Positions 39,813 through 55,394 of a stretch of 64,000 nucleotides of DNA are shown piece after piece. The notes below the pieces were generated by a model. It did no database searches and was not told the origin of the DNA. It saw only the letters and a program-made list of their open reading frames with translations. The DNA lies in contig OX597824.1 in the NCBI GenBank assembly GCA_951406725.2, forward strand, positions 17,546,001-17,610,000, written 5' to 3'. Each line of letters opens with the position of its first letter. The stretch's first letter is position 1. This DNA comes from Octopus vulgaris (lineage: Eukaryota). The translations under genes were made by a program, and so were the position numbers.

Positions 39813-40424
39813 ATTTAATATTTAGAAGCAGCTAGGCGCAATATAAAACGATAAAAGAAAATTTTAATCATCACTCACTGTGACTGAGGGTGCTGAAAGC
39901 ACCTATAATGCAAGAAAGAAGAGTTAAAAACCTTAGACATACATGAACTATGTAATTTATAAGCACCGACAGGGGAGGTAACCGCTCCTTGAGCAAAGCT
40001 TGGAGCAATGGACCGGTTTCCTCTTAGTTTCAGTCCCACTAGCATTTTCTTCTCCATTGCTCGGATGGTTTAGTTAAATTCATCAGTTAGTTTATATATA
40101 TACCACCAAAGTAGATGACTGATTTAGCGAAATGTTAACGCGTACGCTAAAAATTAATATAAGCAGCTACGTGCAATATAAAATCGTAAAGCAAAAGATA
40201 CTCGTCACTAATTGTGACTGAGGGTGCTGAATAGTATCTGTCGTCAAAATTTGTATACAACCGCATTATTCTCTTTAAATTCCTAGCCGACACGTGTTTC
40301 TGCTGCATAAGAAGCTGAGTATTCGCTGACGTATCATTTACGTGCATTTCACTGTTTCATTTACTGTACATATTCCTCCAAAGTAGATATTGCTATGCGG
40401 CTTTGTTGAAGGTTTTATCTATGC

Positions 40425-40857
40425 GGGTGAGGGAAGAAATGCTTAAAGATATTTCGTCTGCCGAAATATAGGGCGGCGAGCTGGCAGAAACGTTAGCACG
40501 CCAGGCGAAATGCATAGCCGTAAAATTCCGCCGAGGTCGACTTTGCCTTTCATACTTTCGGGGTCGATAAATTAAGTACCAGTGACACACTGGGGTCGAT
40601 GTAATCGACTTAAGCCCTTTGTCTGTCCTTGTTTGTCCCCTCTCTGTTTAGTCCCTTGTGGGTAATAAAGAAATAGGTATTTCGTCTGCCGTTACGTTCT
40701 GAGTTCATATTCCGCCGAGGTCGACTTTGTATTTCACCCTTTCGGGGTCGATAATTAAAGTACCAGTTTCGCACTGGTGTCGATGTAATCGACTTAATCC
40801 CTTTGTCTGTCCTTCTTTGTCCCCTCTACGTTTAGCCTCTTGTAAGTAATAAAGAAG
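40425..40857 (+). mobile_element. SINE family B dimer plus upstream head fragment
   Basis: Unit 1 at 40471-40675. Unit 2 starts GGTATTTCGTCTGCC at 40676. Confidence 0.85.
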
Positions 40858-41186
40858 TTATTCCTTCTTACCCTATGATTCTAGGTGAGGGAACACAAAG
40901 CCACACGTTAGATGAGAGTAGAGTTTGCGGAGGATGTGACACTACACGTTCATTCACACACACACACACACGCACATGTATATGTTGGTGTGTGTGTGTA
41001 TGTGTATGTGTACATGTGTGTGTGCATGTGTGTGTGTGCATGCGTGTGTGTTTATTATACAGGAAGTTGACAGTCGACCCTCCCTTTCTCCCTTGGCGAT
41101 AGAGAATAAACCTACCTATCCCGATTCATGACTTCAAAATCCAATAATGGTTGCTCGCTGTTTTAATACATCCCATTTACAACTCA

Positions 41187-41413
41187 ACCATTACCATGTG
41201 TATGTATGTATGTATGTATGCATGTATTCATGTATGTATGTATGTATGTGTGTATGTATGTATGTATGTATGCATGTATGCATGTATGTATGTATGTATG
41301 TATGTGTGTATGTATGTATGTGTGTGTGTATGTATGTATGTATGTATGTATGTATGTGTGTGTGTGTATGTATGTATGTATGTATGTATGTATGCATCTA
41401 TCTATCTATCTAT
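41187..41413. repeat. (TATG)n microsatellite, followed by (CTA)n arrays at 41596-41680 and 41810-41905
   Basis: Direct inspection. Confidence 0.95.
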
Positions 41414-41598
41414 TTGTCTGCCTGTCCCTCTCTCACTCTCTCTCTCTATTTCTGCCTCTCTCACTGTTTCTCTTTCTCCGTCTCTCTCTCTCTCTAGACA
41501 CATATTTCTTTAAATGATGCAAACCTCCTCTTACTTGCAATCGCTAAATATTTCTCCTCCTCCCCCTCTTCTCCTTCTTCTTCTTCAATTACCACTAT

Positions 41599-41657
<59 letters not shown>

Positions 41658-41837
41658 TTGCTGTTGCTGCTGCTACGGTACTACGTTATTGTCGTGGTCA
41701 TTTCATTACACACCTCCTTCTCATTTTCCGCCCCTTACTCCTCCTCAACGTAATCATCAACATCACCACCAACACGAAGGCAACGACCACTACCACCACG
41801 ACTATGACAATTACTACTACTACTACTGCTGCTGCTG

Positions 41838-41888
<51 letters not shown>

Positions 41889-42289
41889 TTACTACTACAA
41901 CTACGTACGAACGTTTCATTGCTATTATTTATTATTTTTTCATGTATTTATAACTTTCCTCGTCAGTGTAACTTTTTTCTTTGGCAACTACAGAACCGTC
42001 GCTGCCTCTCAAATTTCCCTAATTGCACTCTCTGCCAGTCCATATAGCCTTAAATCTCTGGCATTTGACCTTTGCTATTTATTACTTTGTTCTGTTTAAT
42101 ATTACATATTTTTTACCGTCTTTATCCATTCAGGTTTACAACAACACGGTAATACTGAACACGGTGTACCGAAATATACGCCCTACCTGTGTATTCCCAT
42201 AGACATTCAAAATGATGAAGACAGATGTGTGTGTGCATATATATATATATATGTATATAATAAATTAATAAATAAAACATATGCATATA

Positions 42290-42700
42290 TACATACATAT
42301 ATGTACGTACCTACCTCTACATGTATATATACATGCATATATGGGTACAGGACACCAAAAAACCATCGAACACAATGAGAAACGAAAGCATAAATACAAA
42401 AACAAGGAAAAATACATTTCTTTTAAACAACGAAAAATAGAGTACAGGACATACAAAACAAGGAAAACCCCCCTTCTTCAGTCGCCTTAGTTTCATCTAC
42501 TCCACGTTTCGAAGGTCAAGGCGATACATGACTTCAGTAAAACTTTCCTTCCCGCGAAAAACAAATTAAATAAAATTTGAGATTTTTTGGCGGAGGGGTA
42601 AAAATGGTAACAAAAACAGGACAGTAACAACAGTACAAAATATAAACAGTAAAGGACAGGACAAGGAGAATAACAGTAACACAAAGAAGAAGGGCTGTTA
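42290..42700 (-). mobile_element. Putative pLTR-type short repeat next to a TA tract
   Basis: Strong A-rich strand bias as in the other islands. Minus strand CUGAAGUCA...UGACCUUC-GAAACGU at about 42504-42538. Single copy in the window. Confidence 0.35.
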
Positions 42701-42817
42701 AGCCAAACGAGCTAAAAAATTTTTACGAACGCTATTTTTTCAGAACGGCAGAGAGACCACAAAGAGAGTGAGAGAAAGAGAGAGAACGAGACAGAGAGCA
42801 AGAGAGGGACAGACACA

Positions 42818-42885
<68 letters not shown>

Positions 42886-42993
42886 AATGTATATATATAC
42901 TTATATATATATATACGTATGTATATATACGTATCTATCTGTCTACCTATCCCTCTCTATATACATATATACATATATACATACATACATACA

Positions 42994-43025
<32 letters not shown>

Positions 43026-43725
43026 CACACACACGTATGTATCCATATATATATATTTATATATATACATATGGATATATATGAATATAAATATATAAAT
43101 ATATATATATATACTTATATATATATAAATATACATACATATGTATATATAATATTTATCTCAACACAAATCAAGTATGTATGTGTGTACATGTATATTT
43201 GTATGTGCATTCATAAATCTTTGTATCCATTCTTCTGTTTGTCTTAAGAGGAAGAATGTGAAACATCAGTTGAAAAAGCAACAACAACAAAAAAAAAAAA
43301 ACCAGAAGATTTTTCACCAAATGTATGTGAACATATTCCTCAGACTATCATTCAGTCAGTCAGACAGTCAGGTTTCCTATCCCTCATTCCGGCACCCTGG
43401 CTCGATACTTCACCATTATTCCATTGGGCAATATTTCGGTGAATGTCATCTTTACGCTTGCGCAAAAAGCACTACGGGGTACGGTTGCTCTTGCGATCCG
43501 AAACGAAGCGAAAGATGTTACCACTCTCCCTTTCTCTCTCACTCTCTCTGTGTCTGTCTTTCTCTCTCTTTCTTTTTTCACCCACCACACGCATTTAAAC
43601 ATATACGAAACACTTACATGAACACACACACACACACACACACACACACATTCATATATATATATATGTGTCTGTATGTCTATACGCCAAGGCTAAGTAT
43701 GTTCATCTGTGTATATCTGTACATG

Positions 43726-43756
<31 letters not shown>

Positions 43757-43764
43757 GCAAATAC

Positions 43765-43804
<40 letters not shown>

Positions 43805-43927
43805 GATGGTGTGTATACATGTACATATTCTGTTACATTTGAAGGTAAACTGGATGGGAAAGGTAAGTGAGAGCATGTCGGGAAGGAATAAAAGAGAATA
43901 TGAGGCAATATGCATACACTCAATCAA

Positions 43928-43980
<53 letters not shown>

Positions 43981-43998
43981 CACACACACACACATATA

Positions 43999-44054
<56 letters not shown>

Positions 44055-44086
44055 TATACAATATATATATATATATATATATACAT

Positions 44087-44145
<59 letters not shown>

Positions 44146-44697
44146 TACACTTAGGAAATACAAAAAATATGATAGTAAAAAATCATACAAAATAATATAC
44201 TAAATATAAAATATACCAATAGAATAAAATAAAAAAAGACTGAATCCAACATAAAAAAAATGTATACATATTTAAAAAAATATAAGCAAAAAAAAAAAGA
44301 CAGGAAAAAATGTAACATAAAAATAGATTAAAAGAAAGATGCTGGAACGGCAGCAAGATATGGTTGAAGGCGAACAAGGAAGAAGATGAAGAAGGTGTGA
44401 GAAATATAGATAGGAAGTGAAGATGTAAGTCAGACGGAGGTGGGAGGAGGGAATGCAACATGGAGGGATATTAGAGACAGAGTGAGAGTGTGAGGGAGAG
44501 AAGGAAAGAGCGTGTAGAGGAGTGAGTGAGACGGAGGGAGAGGAGGCAGATGGGGATGGATCGGATGTTCACAATAGTGTGAGAGAGAACAAAGACGGAG
44601 TGTATGGTTGTGTGGTGTTTGTGCGCATGTGTGTATCTGTGTTTGGGTTTGTAGGTATGTGTATGAGTATCTGCGTGCGAGAAGGCTAGCAATATTA

Positions 44698-44773
<76 letters not shown>

Positions 44774-45308
44774 GTCTGTCTGTCTGTCTATTTATCTATC
44801 TATCTATCTGTCTATCCATATATATATATATATAAATATATATATATGGATGTGTGTGTGTGTATGTATATATATATACATACATAGTTTCATACATATA
44901 CATCTCATATACATATATATATATATGTGTATATATATCTATATATATATTTATATATATATATATACATATATGGATACACACATATATACTTATATAT
45001 ATATATAGGTATATATACGTATATGTATATATACATATATATATATACATATATATATACATATATACATAAATAAATATATATATATATATTTGTATAT
45101 ATATGATATATATTTGTGTGTGTGTGTGTGTGTGTGTATAACATATGAAAGGCAGAAGATGGAATATACCAGAATATATTATCAAACACAACAATTGTTT
45201 CGACATATTTAGAATCGACTCCTCTTGTGGGAAACACAAAAACTGGTTCAGAATATCCGGTGGTGCTGACGTTGGGTGATAAAAAAAAATCTCATGAATG
45301 TACATATA

Positions 45309-45382
<74 letters not shown>

Positions 45383-45671
45383 CGTACATATGTGTGTGTG
45401 TGTACGTGGATTGTGTGTGCATGTATGTTTTCCGTTTACATTCGTTGAGTGTACGTGAATGTAAGCTGAGGTATAAGAAAAAGATTTTTAAGTTTGAAAA
45501 AGAAGAAAATACTAAATTATCAAATAGGCAGGGAAAAGGAAAAATCGTAATAAAGGAGATACACAATGTTAACTGATAAGATATACTCGGTCGGGTGGGA
45601 TGAGTTTCTTGTTAAGGGTAAATGGTGAGCGGTACTATTTCTTGCACCTTTTTATCTCTCGCCTCTCTCTT

Positions 45672-45747
<76 letters not shown>

Positions 45748-45749
45748 AA

Positions 45750-46226
45750 TATATCTAAAGAGACAACGAGAGGTAAGGCGACTTATCATGTGTTCATTTT
45801 CGAACTGTCTGAGGTGACCTTGGTCTTTTTTGTAGGTTTTTCTTTCCAGGGCTACACCTAAACTGTGAACTTTATTTACATATATAGATATGATTTGATT
45901 GATTTTGATTTTTCCAGTTTCAGCTAATGAGCTGTGGCCATGCTGGGGCACCGCCATCTGGTTTGCTACACGATTTTCCCTCACGGATGCTTTTTAGCAA
46001 ACGCCATCTGATGCATGAGAGAGTTCGATGCAGCTGCCCTCATCTGCACCTCCTGCCGTGAAGTATATTATATTTTTATACAACACACAACCCACAGATC
46101 CCTATTGATCGAACGTTTTTTTTTCTTTGTGTCCCACCCATCCCACCTCGAAAAGAAAAAACTCTACATTGTATTTCGTCCATTTTTATTCTGTGTTTAG
46201 CCCTGTGTGGCTACGATAAAAAGTTA
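45750..46226 (+). mobile_element. Tx1/L1-like LINE 3' UTR copy, interrupted by a CR1/L2 tail (45890-46060, minus)
   Basis: GGTCTTTTTTGTAGG, GATCCCTATTGATCG and CTGTGTTTAGCCCTGTGTGG blocks match the reverse complement of 46872-47270. Ends in (TATC)n. Confidence 0.6.
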
Positions 46227-46529
46227 TCTATCTATCTGTCTAACTTTCTGTCTATCTGCGAGTCTGTCTGTTTGTCCATGTTTCTGTCCATCTATCAACC
46301 TGTCTGTCTATCTCTCTGTTTATCTACCTATATTATATTTATCTATTTATCTATCTATCCATCTATCTACATATGAAGATAATCTGGTACTCGACTGAGG
46401 AAAGAAAGCTTCGAATGGTCCGTTCTTGTTTTCTTGGCATCGTCTATATGGATGTTTTTTTGTCCCATTTTTGTATTGCCTGCCTGGATGTTCTGCGTTC
46501 TTGTCCCACTTTGTATATATATATGTATG

Positions 46530-46591
<62 letters not shown>

Positions 46592-46616
46592 CATATATAC
46601 ATCTTTATATGTGCAG

Positions 46617-46678
<62 letters not shown>

Positions 46679-46806
46679 TTGTATTATATTGTATATAAGT
46701 TCCAATAGAAATAAATGAATTGAATGTGTTATAACTGATGTAGAAATTGATATACAGATAGATAGCTAGATAGCTAGATAGATAGCTAGCTAGCTAGCTA
46801 GCTAGC

Positions 46807-46871
<65 letters not shown>

Positions 46872-46873
<2 letters not shown>

Positions 46874-47582
46874 GTTTCTTTATTGGCCACACAAGGCTGC
46901 ACACAGATGGGACAAGTTACAAGGTAGAGCTTTTCTTTTGGGGATGAAAAAATAAAAAAAACAAAAGAAATGAAAAAAAGGGGTGGCGTAGGTTTTCGAT
47001 CAAGAGGGATCGTAAAAGGGAAGAAAAGAACAAAAAAAAATAAAAGAAAAAATAAAAAAGAAAAAGAAAAAAAAAGAAAAGGAAAAGGAACAAAAGAAAA
47101 GAGAAATGAAAAAAGAAGAAAAAAGGGAAACAAGGGGAAGAGGAAAAAAACGATCAATAGGGATCGTGTATCACAGTGTTATGATATATGGTGTAAAGGG
47201 AAAGCAAGTAAGGTTTATCCGTGGGAAGAAAAGCCTACGAAAAAGACCACGGTAACCTTGGTCAATATTGTTATATGTTACCACATTTGTTTGCAAGTGG
47301 GTAACCCTCTGTTTCAATTTCTGGGTTCATAGGATTATACTCAAGATGGCTTCGTCATTCATACGTGCCATCCTTGCTACATTCACCCATCTGTTTTTAA
47401 AACATTCGCTAGACAAAACTTGCCTCTCTACTCTCACTTTCCTTTTCAAGTGGTACTTGAAGAAGTTGATGAGAGATTGACCAGAGAGGAAAGTGTTTGT
47501 CTCCAATCCTTTCAGACGCGTCCACCAGATACATTCTTTCGCCATAGCCACAAGGATGATGACAGAATGTATCTGGTGGACG
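46872..47582 (-). pseudogene. Tx1/L1-like LINE 3' fragment embedded in (GATA)n
   Basis: [14 protein letters not shown]...FKNRW C-terminal motif (AK..IW..R). T-rich 3' UTR ending AATAAAGAAAC-(TATC)n. GATA arrays on both sides. Confidence 0.65.
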
Positions 47583-47636
<54 letters not shown>

Positions 47637-47641
47637 TAGAC

Positions 47642-47712
<71 letters not shown>

Positions 47713-47715
47713 CAT

Positions 47716-47788
<73 letters not shown>

Positions 47789-48153
47789 AAGACAGAAAGT
47801 TAGATAGATAGTTTGATTGATAGAGAGATAAGGAGATGTGTAATATATGTAGAAACCATTAAATTAGTGTTAGAATTGGCCAAAAATTAACAGAGATGGT
47901 GTCATTCTGATCATTGGTATCGTGTCATACCCGTTCAGAAACCTACAATAAAGACGCATATCAGTGCCTTACTCTTAGGTTCAATTTTTTCATTCTTCAA
48001 ATTTTGAACTATTTCATGAACCTTCGGTTGGTTACGTGGTACCATTATCTTACATCACTATATTTTTTTTAAATTTTTGATCCATTTCTTATAGTTTGAA
48101 GGGACGGGAAAACAAATCTATAGCTCTGAGTGAATCTATGAAAAGAAATATAT

Positions 48154-48387
48154 ATATTCTTTACTACCCACAAGGGGCTAAATATAGAGGGGACAAACAA
48201 GGACAGACAAATGGATTAAGTCGATTACATCGCCCCCAATGCGAAACTGGTACTTTATTTATCGACCCCGAAAGGATGAAAGGCAAAGTCTACCTCGGCG
48301 GAATTCGAACTCAGAACATATCGTCAGACGAAATACCGCTAATTATTTAGCCCGGCGCGATTACGTTTCTACCAGCTCGCCGCCTTT
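48154..48387 (-). mobile_element. SINE family B with TSD
   Basis: TGAAAAGAAATATA at 48139 and 48393. Confidence 0.85.
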
Positions 48388-48664
48388 ACCCTTGAAAAGA
48401 AATATAAATTGGCAAACTGCTTAGCAAGAGAGAGCGAGAACGAGAGAGAGAGATAGAAGTGTGTGTCAGAGAGGTGTGTAAGCGAGAGAGAGAGAGAGAA
48501 ATAGACTGGTTAATAATATCAATATAGAAGATTTATAGAGACTGTTACGTAATGAGGAAGTCTTGGAATATATATAGAGGGCGCAGCTTACAAGTCGAGA
48601 AGACTGGAGACCATGTGTGAGCGACTTGTTAGAACGTGTCTGTTTATACGTATATTTTTCTATT

Positions 48665-48887
48665 CATTTATTTGTTTCTCTCATTTGACAGCGGCTATGC
48701 TGGAGCACGCCCTTTAGTGGAAGAAATTAATCCCAGGACTGATTCTTTGTAAACCTAGTACGTACTCTGTCGGTCTCCTTGGCCGACCCGCTAGATTACG
48801 GTTAAGTAAACACACCAACATCAGTTATCAAGCGATGGTGAGGGGTCGAACACAGGCATACAAACATATACATGTACATATATATTC

Positions 48888-48929
<42 letters not shown>

Positions 48930-49086
48930 GATGGGCTTCTTTCCGTCTGGCAATTCCATTCATAAGGATATGGTTCACCCAAGGCTATAGTAGAAGACAG
49001 CTGCTCAAGTTGCCAGGCAGTGGGACTGAACCTGGAACCAAGTGGTTGGTAAGCAAGGTACTTACCACACAGCCATCCCCGCGCCT
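48665..49086 (-). mobile_element. SINE family A, diverged
   Basis: Reverse complement of head, internal (TA)n and tail. Confidence 0.8.
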
Positions 49087-49170
49087 ATATGTGTGTATAT
49101 ATATATGTATATATATATATACATATATATATATATACATCCACAAACACACACGCACACACACACACAT

Positions 49171-49233
<63 letters not shown>

Positions 49234-49708
49234 TACAAACATCTATATTCATTTATAGACACATGCATACGTATGCATATAAAGTGTGTGTGTTTTAGTA
49301 AGTGTGCAAATGTGTGTAGAAATGTTGTGCAACGTTCCAATAGCAGAAATAAAATGATAACACAAGCACACACACGCAACACATACACATGCAATGCTCA
49401 CATGCACACGCGCACACACACACACTGATACACACACACATACGTGCGCACGCACACACGTGCGCACGCACACAGCACAGCACACACACGCAAACCCGCA
49501 AACATACACACACACACACACATCGTTCGTAAGAGAAATCGTGTAACTGAAATATAAGTGAACAGGTCCTTTACTGGGTTTTGAAATTACTGGAATATAC
49601 GCCGACAGATCAAACGAGTTATGAGATGCAGCGAGAGACACACGCATAATGAATTCGTAATATATAAATACACTGTAAGAACATAGGGGAGATGATATGT
49701 ACTGAGAG

Positions 49709-49761
<53 letters not shown>

Positions 49762-49850
49762 CATAGTTTCATACATATACATCTCATATACATATGAGTA
49801 TTTATACATATATATGTATATATATGTGTATATATATCTATATCTATCTA

Positions 49851-49920
<70 letters not shown>

Positions 49921-50029
49921 TGGATACACACATATATACTTATACATATGGACATATATATACATATATATATACATATACATACATATATACTTATACA
50001 TATGGACATATATATTCATATATATATAC

Positions 50030-50076
<47 letters not shown>

Positions 50077-50656
50077 TATATATACGTATATGTATATATA
50101 CATATATACATATATATATATACATATATATATACATATATACATACATATATATATGGTGTAATTCTGATCATTGGTATGCTCTGGAATGAGTAATCAG
50201 TGTGTGTATATGCTTACATGTGTATGTATGTATATGTGTGTGTGTGTGTGAGCATGCATGTACGTTTTGGTTTTGTAAGAGAGAGAGAGAGAGAGAAAGA
50301 GAGGGCAGAGGAGAGAGTGGCTGACAGAAATTAAGAGAGAAAAAAGGGAGAGAAAGAGAGAGTGAAAGATGCTCTGTTAGTAAGATGGTAAAAGCCTGCG
50401 AATGAATGGAAGATAGATTTATACAGAGAGAAAGCGAATGACAGAGGGCGAGAAAGTGAGTGAGAGAGTGAGTGAATGAATAAGTGAGTGAGTGAGTAAG
50501 TGAGTGAGAGAGAGAGAGAGAGAGAGAGAGGGGGGATTGGTGGTACGGGTAATGGTTTTCTAAAAGATGTTGCCATTGGTGTTCATGAAGGTACCAGTTC
50601 TGCTAGGGAAGACCAATCTATAATCGATTGAAAACGTTCCTGGTAATCACCGTTCC

Positions 50657-50841
50657 TGTTTCTTTAGTACCCAGAAGGGGCCAAACAAGGACATGCAAAC
50701 GGATTAAGTCGATTACGTCGACCCCAGTGCGTAACTGGTACTTAATTTATCGACCCCGAATGGATAGAAGGCAAAGTCGACCTCGGCGGAATTTGAACTC
50801 AGAACGTAACGGCAGACGAAATACGGCTACAAATACCACCC
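50657..50841 (-). mobile_element. SINE family B, 5'-truncated, with 15-bp TSD
   Basis: GGTAATCACCGTTCC at 50642-50656 and 50842-50856. Confidence 0.85.
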
Positions 50842-51680
50842 GGTAATCACCGTTCCATGTTTTTAAAGTCCCTAGGGTGATATTAGTATACATTGTCCCT
50901 TTGGATTAGTTTGGTTTTCTTTGAGAAGGCAGATTATGTTTTGAGAAAATGTGACTGCTATTTCTAGCGGGTCAAAGTAATGGTACAAGGCATTAGTGAA
51001 GAGAAGACGTTGTTAGTGGAGGGGAGAGGGGAATTTGTATGAAAGTAAAGGAAGTTGTTTTTTTTTTCTTAAGTAGGTGAGATATGGAATGAGCGCTGAA
51101 GGAAAAGATGTTATGAGTAAAGAAAGCTAGGGGTGGGAGAGAATGGAAGTGAGAATCGAGTTAAAATGGGGGAAGAGGGGGAGGAGACAAATGACACTGA
51201 CGCAGATGGAGGAGGGTGGATTCAGAAAAGACAAAAAAATACATTATCTGAGATATACAGATTGAATGTAAGGAGAAAAACTGGTGTGAAGAGGAAAAGG
51301 AAAGGAATATGTGTGCGGGTAGGAGGAAGATCACGAGAGACAGAGAAAGAGGGAGAGAGAGAGAGTGAGTGAGAGAGATGGGGAGAGGGAGAGATGGGGA
51401 GAAGACAGAGAGAGAGAGAGAGGTAAGAAGCGAAAGAAGAGGAGGGAGTAAGAGAGGAAGAGCCAGAGAATGGAAGGATACAAAAAAAAAATTAAAGGAA
51501 TCTCTCGGAGGAAGGAGTCTGAGAATGGTAATGTTAGACGTTTGTGGGTGAAGAATTTAAATATTTGATCTGTTTGTAAAGCGGACGGTGATTGAAAGAG
51601 ATGATGCCGGTGATGATGATGAAGATGATGAGGCTGATGGAATGAGTAACCAGTGTGTGTATGTATATGCTTATATGTTA

Positions 51681-51713
<33 letters not shown>

Positions 51714-52042
51714 TTGCATGCGCGGGTCGGTTTTGTAAGAGAGAGAGAGAGAGGGGGAGAGGAGAGAGTGGCTGACAGAGATAGAGAGAGAAAAAGTGAG
51801 AGAAAAAAGGGTGAGAAAGAGAGAGTGAAAAGGCAAGGAAAGGGCAATGAGGTAAAAACAAAGAGGGTGGGAGGGAGAGATTGTGTGTATATGGGTGAGT
51901 GCATATGCGTGTATGTGTGTGATTATATTTCTGTGTAAGATGCAGAAAGAAAGAGACAGACAGACAGAGAGATAGGCAGATAGAGATAGAGAGAGAAAAA
52001 GGGAGAGAATTAAAGGGCAAGGAAATGGCAATGAGGTAAAAA

Positions 52043-52082
<40 letters not shown>

Positions 52083-52151
52083 GTGTATATGTGTGTATAT
52101 GTGTGTGTATATGCATGTGTGATTGTGTAATTGTGTTTCTGTGAAAGATGC

Positions 52152-52205
<54 letters not shown>

Positions 52206-52674
52206 TCAGAGAGACAGGCAGAGAGAAGGTGAGTTGTGGCTGAGGGCGTGCAAGGAGGAACTGGATCGGTGTCTTTTCCATTTGCTGGACGTTTTAAAAA
52301 GATTAAAGCAGAGGAGCAAAATAAATGTGTTTGCGCACATTAGTGGTTGGTGTGTCTAGAGATGTATAAGTATATACACTCACACATATTATATATATAT
52401 ATATATATACATACATACATAACAATGTGTATTCCAGAGAGACAGATATACACAGGCAGAGAGAACAAGAAAGAGCGAGAGGGAGAGAGGGAGAGAGAGA
52501 GAGAAAGAGACAGACAGACAAACAGACAGGCAGACAGATAGAAAGAACGAGAGAGAGAGAGAGAGAGAGAGAGAAAGTGAGACATGTAGGAAACAATGAC
52601 GTGTTTTCTGCTAGTGTGTATGATTATGGCAAGAAAAATGAACGACAAAAAATGCATAATAATCTTCAAACTAG

Positions 52675-52681
52675 AATAATG

Positions 52682-52771
<90 letters not shown>

Positions 52772-52868
52772 TAATAATAATAATAATAATAAATAATAAT
52801 AATAATAATAATAATAATGATAATAATAATATTAATAATAAAAATGATAATAATAATAATAATAAAAA

Positions 52869-52899
<31 letters not shown>

Positions 52900-52962
52900 T
52901 TAATAATAATAATAATAATAATGATGATGATGACGGTAATAATAATAATAATCACAATAATG

Positions 52963-53028
<66 letters not shown>

Positions 53029-53074
53029 TATGATAATAATAATAATAATATTAATAATAATGATAATAATAATA

Positions 53075-53148
<74 letters not shown>

Positions 53149-53364
53149 TGATGATGACGGTAATAATAATAATAATCACAATAATGATAATAATACAAAA
53201 AATAATAATAATGACAATAATGATAATAATAATGATAATAATAATAATGATGATGACGATGATGACGATGTTGATGACGATGATGACGATGATGGTGGTG
53301 GTGGTGATGATGATGATGACGATGATGGTGGTGGTGATGGTTGTTGGTGGTGATGATGATGATA
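52675..53364. repeat. Compound (AAT)n/(GAT)n/(GGT)n microsatellite; complementary (ATT)n/(ATC)n array at 54545-55125
   Basis: Direct inspection. Confidence 0.95.
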
Positions 53365-53837
53365 AAGAGACACATTGATTATGATGCAGTTACTAAAAGT
53401 CCTAAATAACCAGCGGCAGAGGGCGCTGCGTGGCAACGTTGTTATTGATATTCCAAAGTAAGCCGCATCTTAATTATATCAGCGAGGTTTTGCATTACAA
53501 ATCCTCCATATGTTTTTTTTTTCTTTTTCTTTTCTTTTTTCATTTCTTTTATTTTTCTTCGACTTCTCAGAATTTTTACTATTTATTTTACATTAGACAT
53601 TCATATATATATATTTTTTTTTTTTTGGTTCATACTCTTTATTATCTTTTTCAGACCTCTCTTTCATCATTACTTTTACAATTTCGTTATTTTTAATACA
53701 CACACACTCGCAAACACTCAATACATACACATACACACAGAAGCCTACACATATATGTATATACACATATGTGTATATACGCATATATATATGTGTGTGT
53801 ATATATATATGTATCTATACATGCATGCATATACATA

Positions 53838-53878
<41 letters not shown>

Positions 53879-54169
53879 TTTATACATATACATATATATA
53901 TAAATACATATATATATACATACATATATACATACATACATATATATATATATAAACATATATATATATATATAAACATAAAGATATATATATACATATA
54001 CACGTAATTATATATTTATATATACATAGATATATATGCACATATACAATAGGTATACAGAAATACCTCTGTTGTTTTCATTCAATGATATCATTGTTTG
54101 TTTTGTTTTGTTTCTCATATTATTTCGTGTTCAGCCTTTTGCACAAACACACACATACACACACACAGA

Positions 54170-54220
<51 letters not shown>

Positions 54221-54563
54221 GCATGTATATATATATATATACATATGTATATATATATATATGTATATATATATTTATATATATATACATATATATATAT
54301 AAATATATTTATATATACACATATATATGTATGCATATATACACATATATAAAATTATATAACATACATTTATGTGTATGTCTCTACCTAGGTATGTAGG
54401 TGAGTAAGTAAGCAGTGTAAGCATGCGTATTATGCGTGTGCGGTTGTGCTTTTGTCTCTGTAGTGGCCAGACAGACAGCTCGTTAAACTCAGGCCATGGT
54501 ACTGCTATAGCTATGACGAAGTCATTAAGTAAACTATACGTTTTATTATCATCATCATCATCA

Positions 54564-54827
<264 letters not shown>

Positions 54828-54847
54828 CATCATCATCATCATCATTC

Positions 54848-54923
<76 letters not shown>

Positions 54924-55025
54924 TCTATTATTATTATTATTATTATTATTTCTATTATTATTATTATTCATTAATTATTATTATTATTACTATTATTATT
55001 ATTATTGTTAATATTATTATTATTA

Positions 55026-55098
<73 letters not shown>

Positions 55099-55350
55099 TA
55101 TTATCATTATTATTATTATTTATATTTCATATTGATGATGATAATGATGAGGATGACGATGATGACGACGACGACGACGACGATGATACTTATGTGATGG
55201 CGATAATGATGATGCTGATTTTTCTCTGTTGGCTCAGTGCCACTCATTCACAGACGAGGAAAATGGTACAAAGAAAAGTTACTTCCCGACTTATTCATTA
55301 TTATTATTATTATTATTATTATTAAGCTAAGCACCCAATATACATACATA

Positions 55351-55388
<38 letters not shown>

Positions 55389-55394
<6 letters not shown>

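Noticed and set aside
51331-52281. 316-aa ORF
   Set aside because: Made of (CT)n and (CA)n repeats and local duplications.
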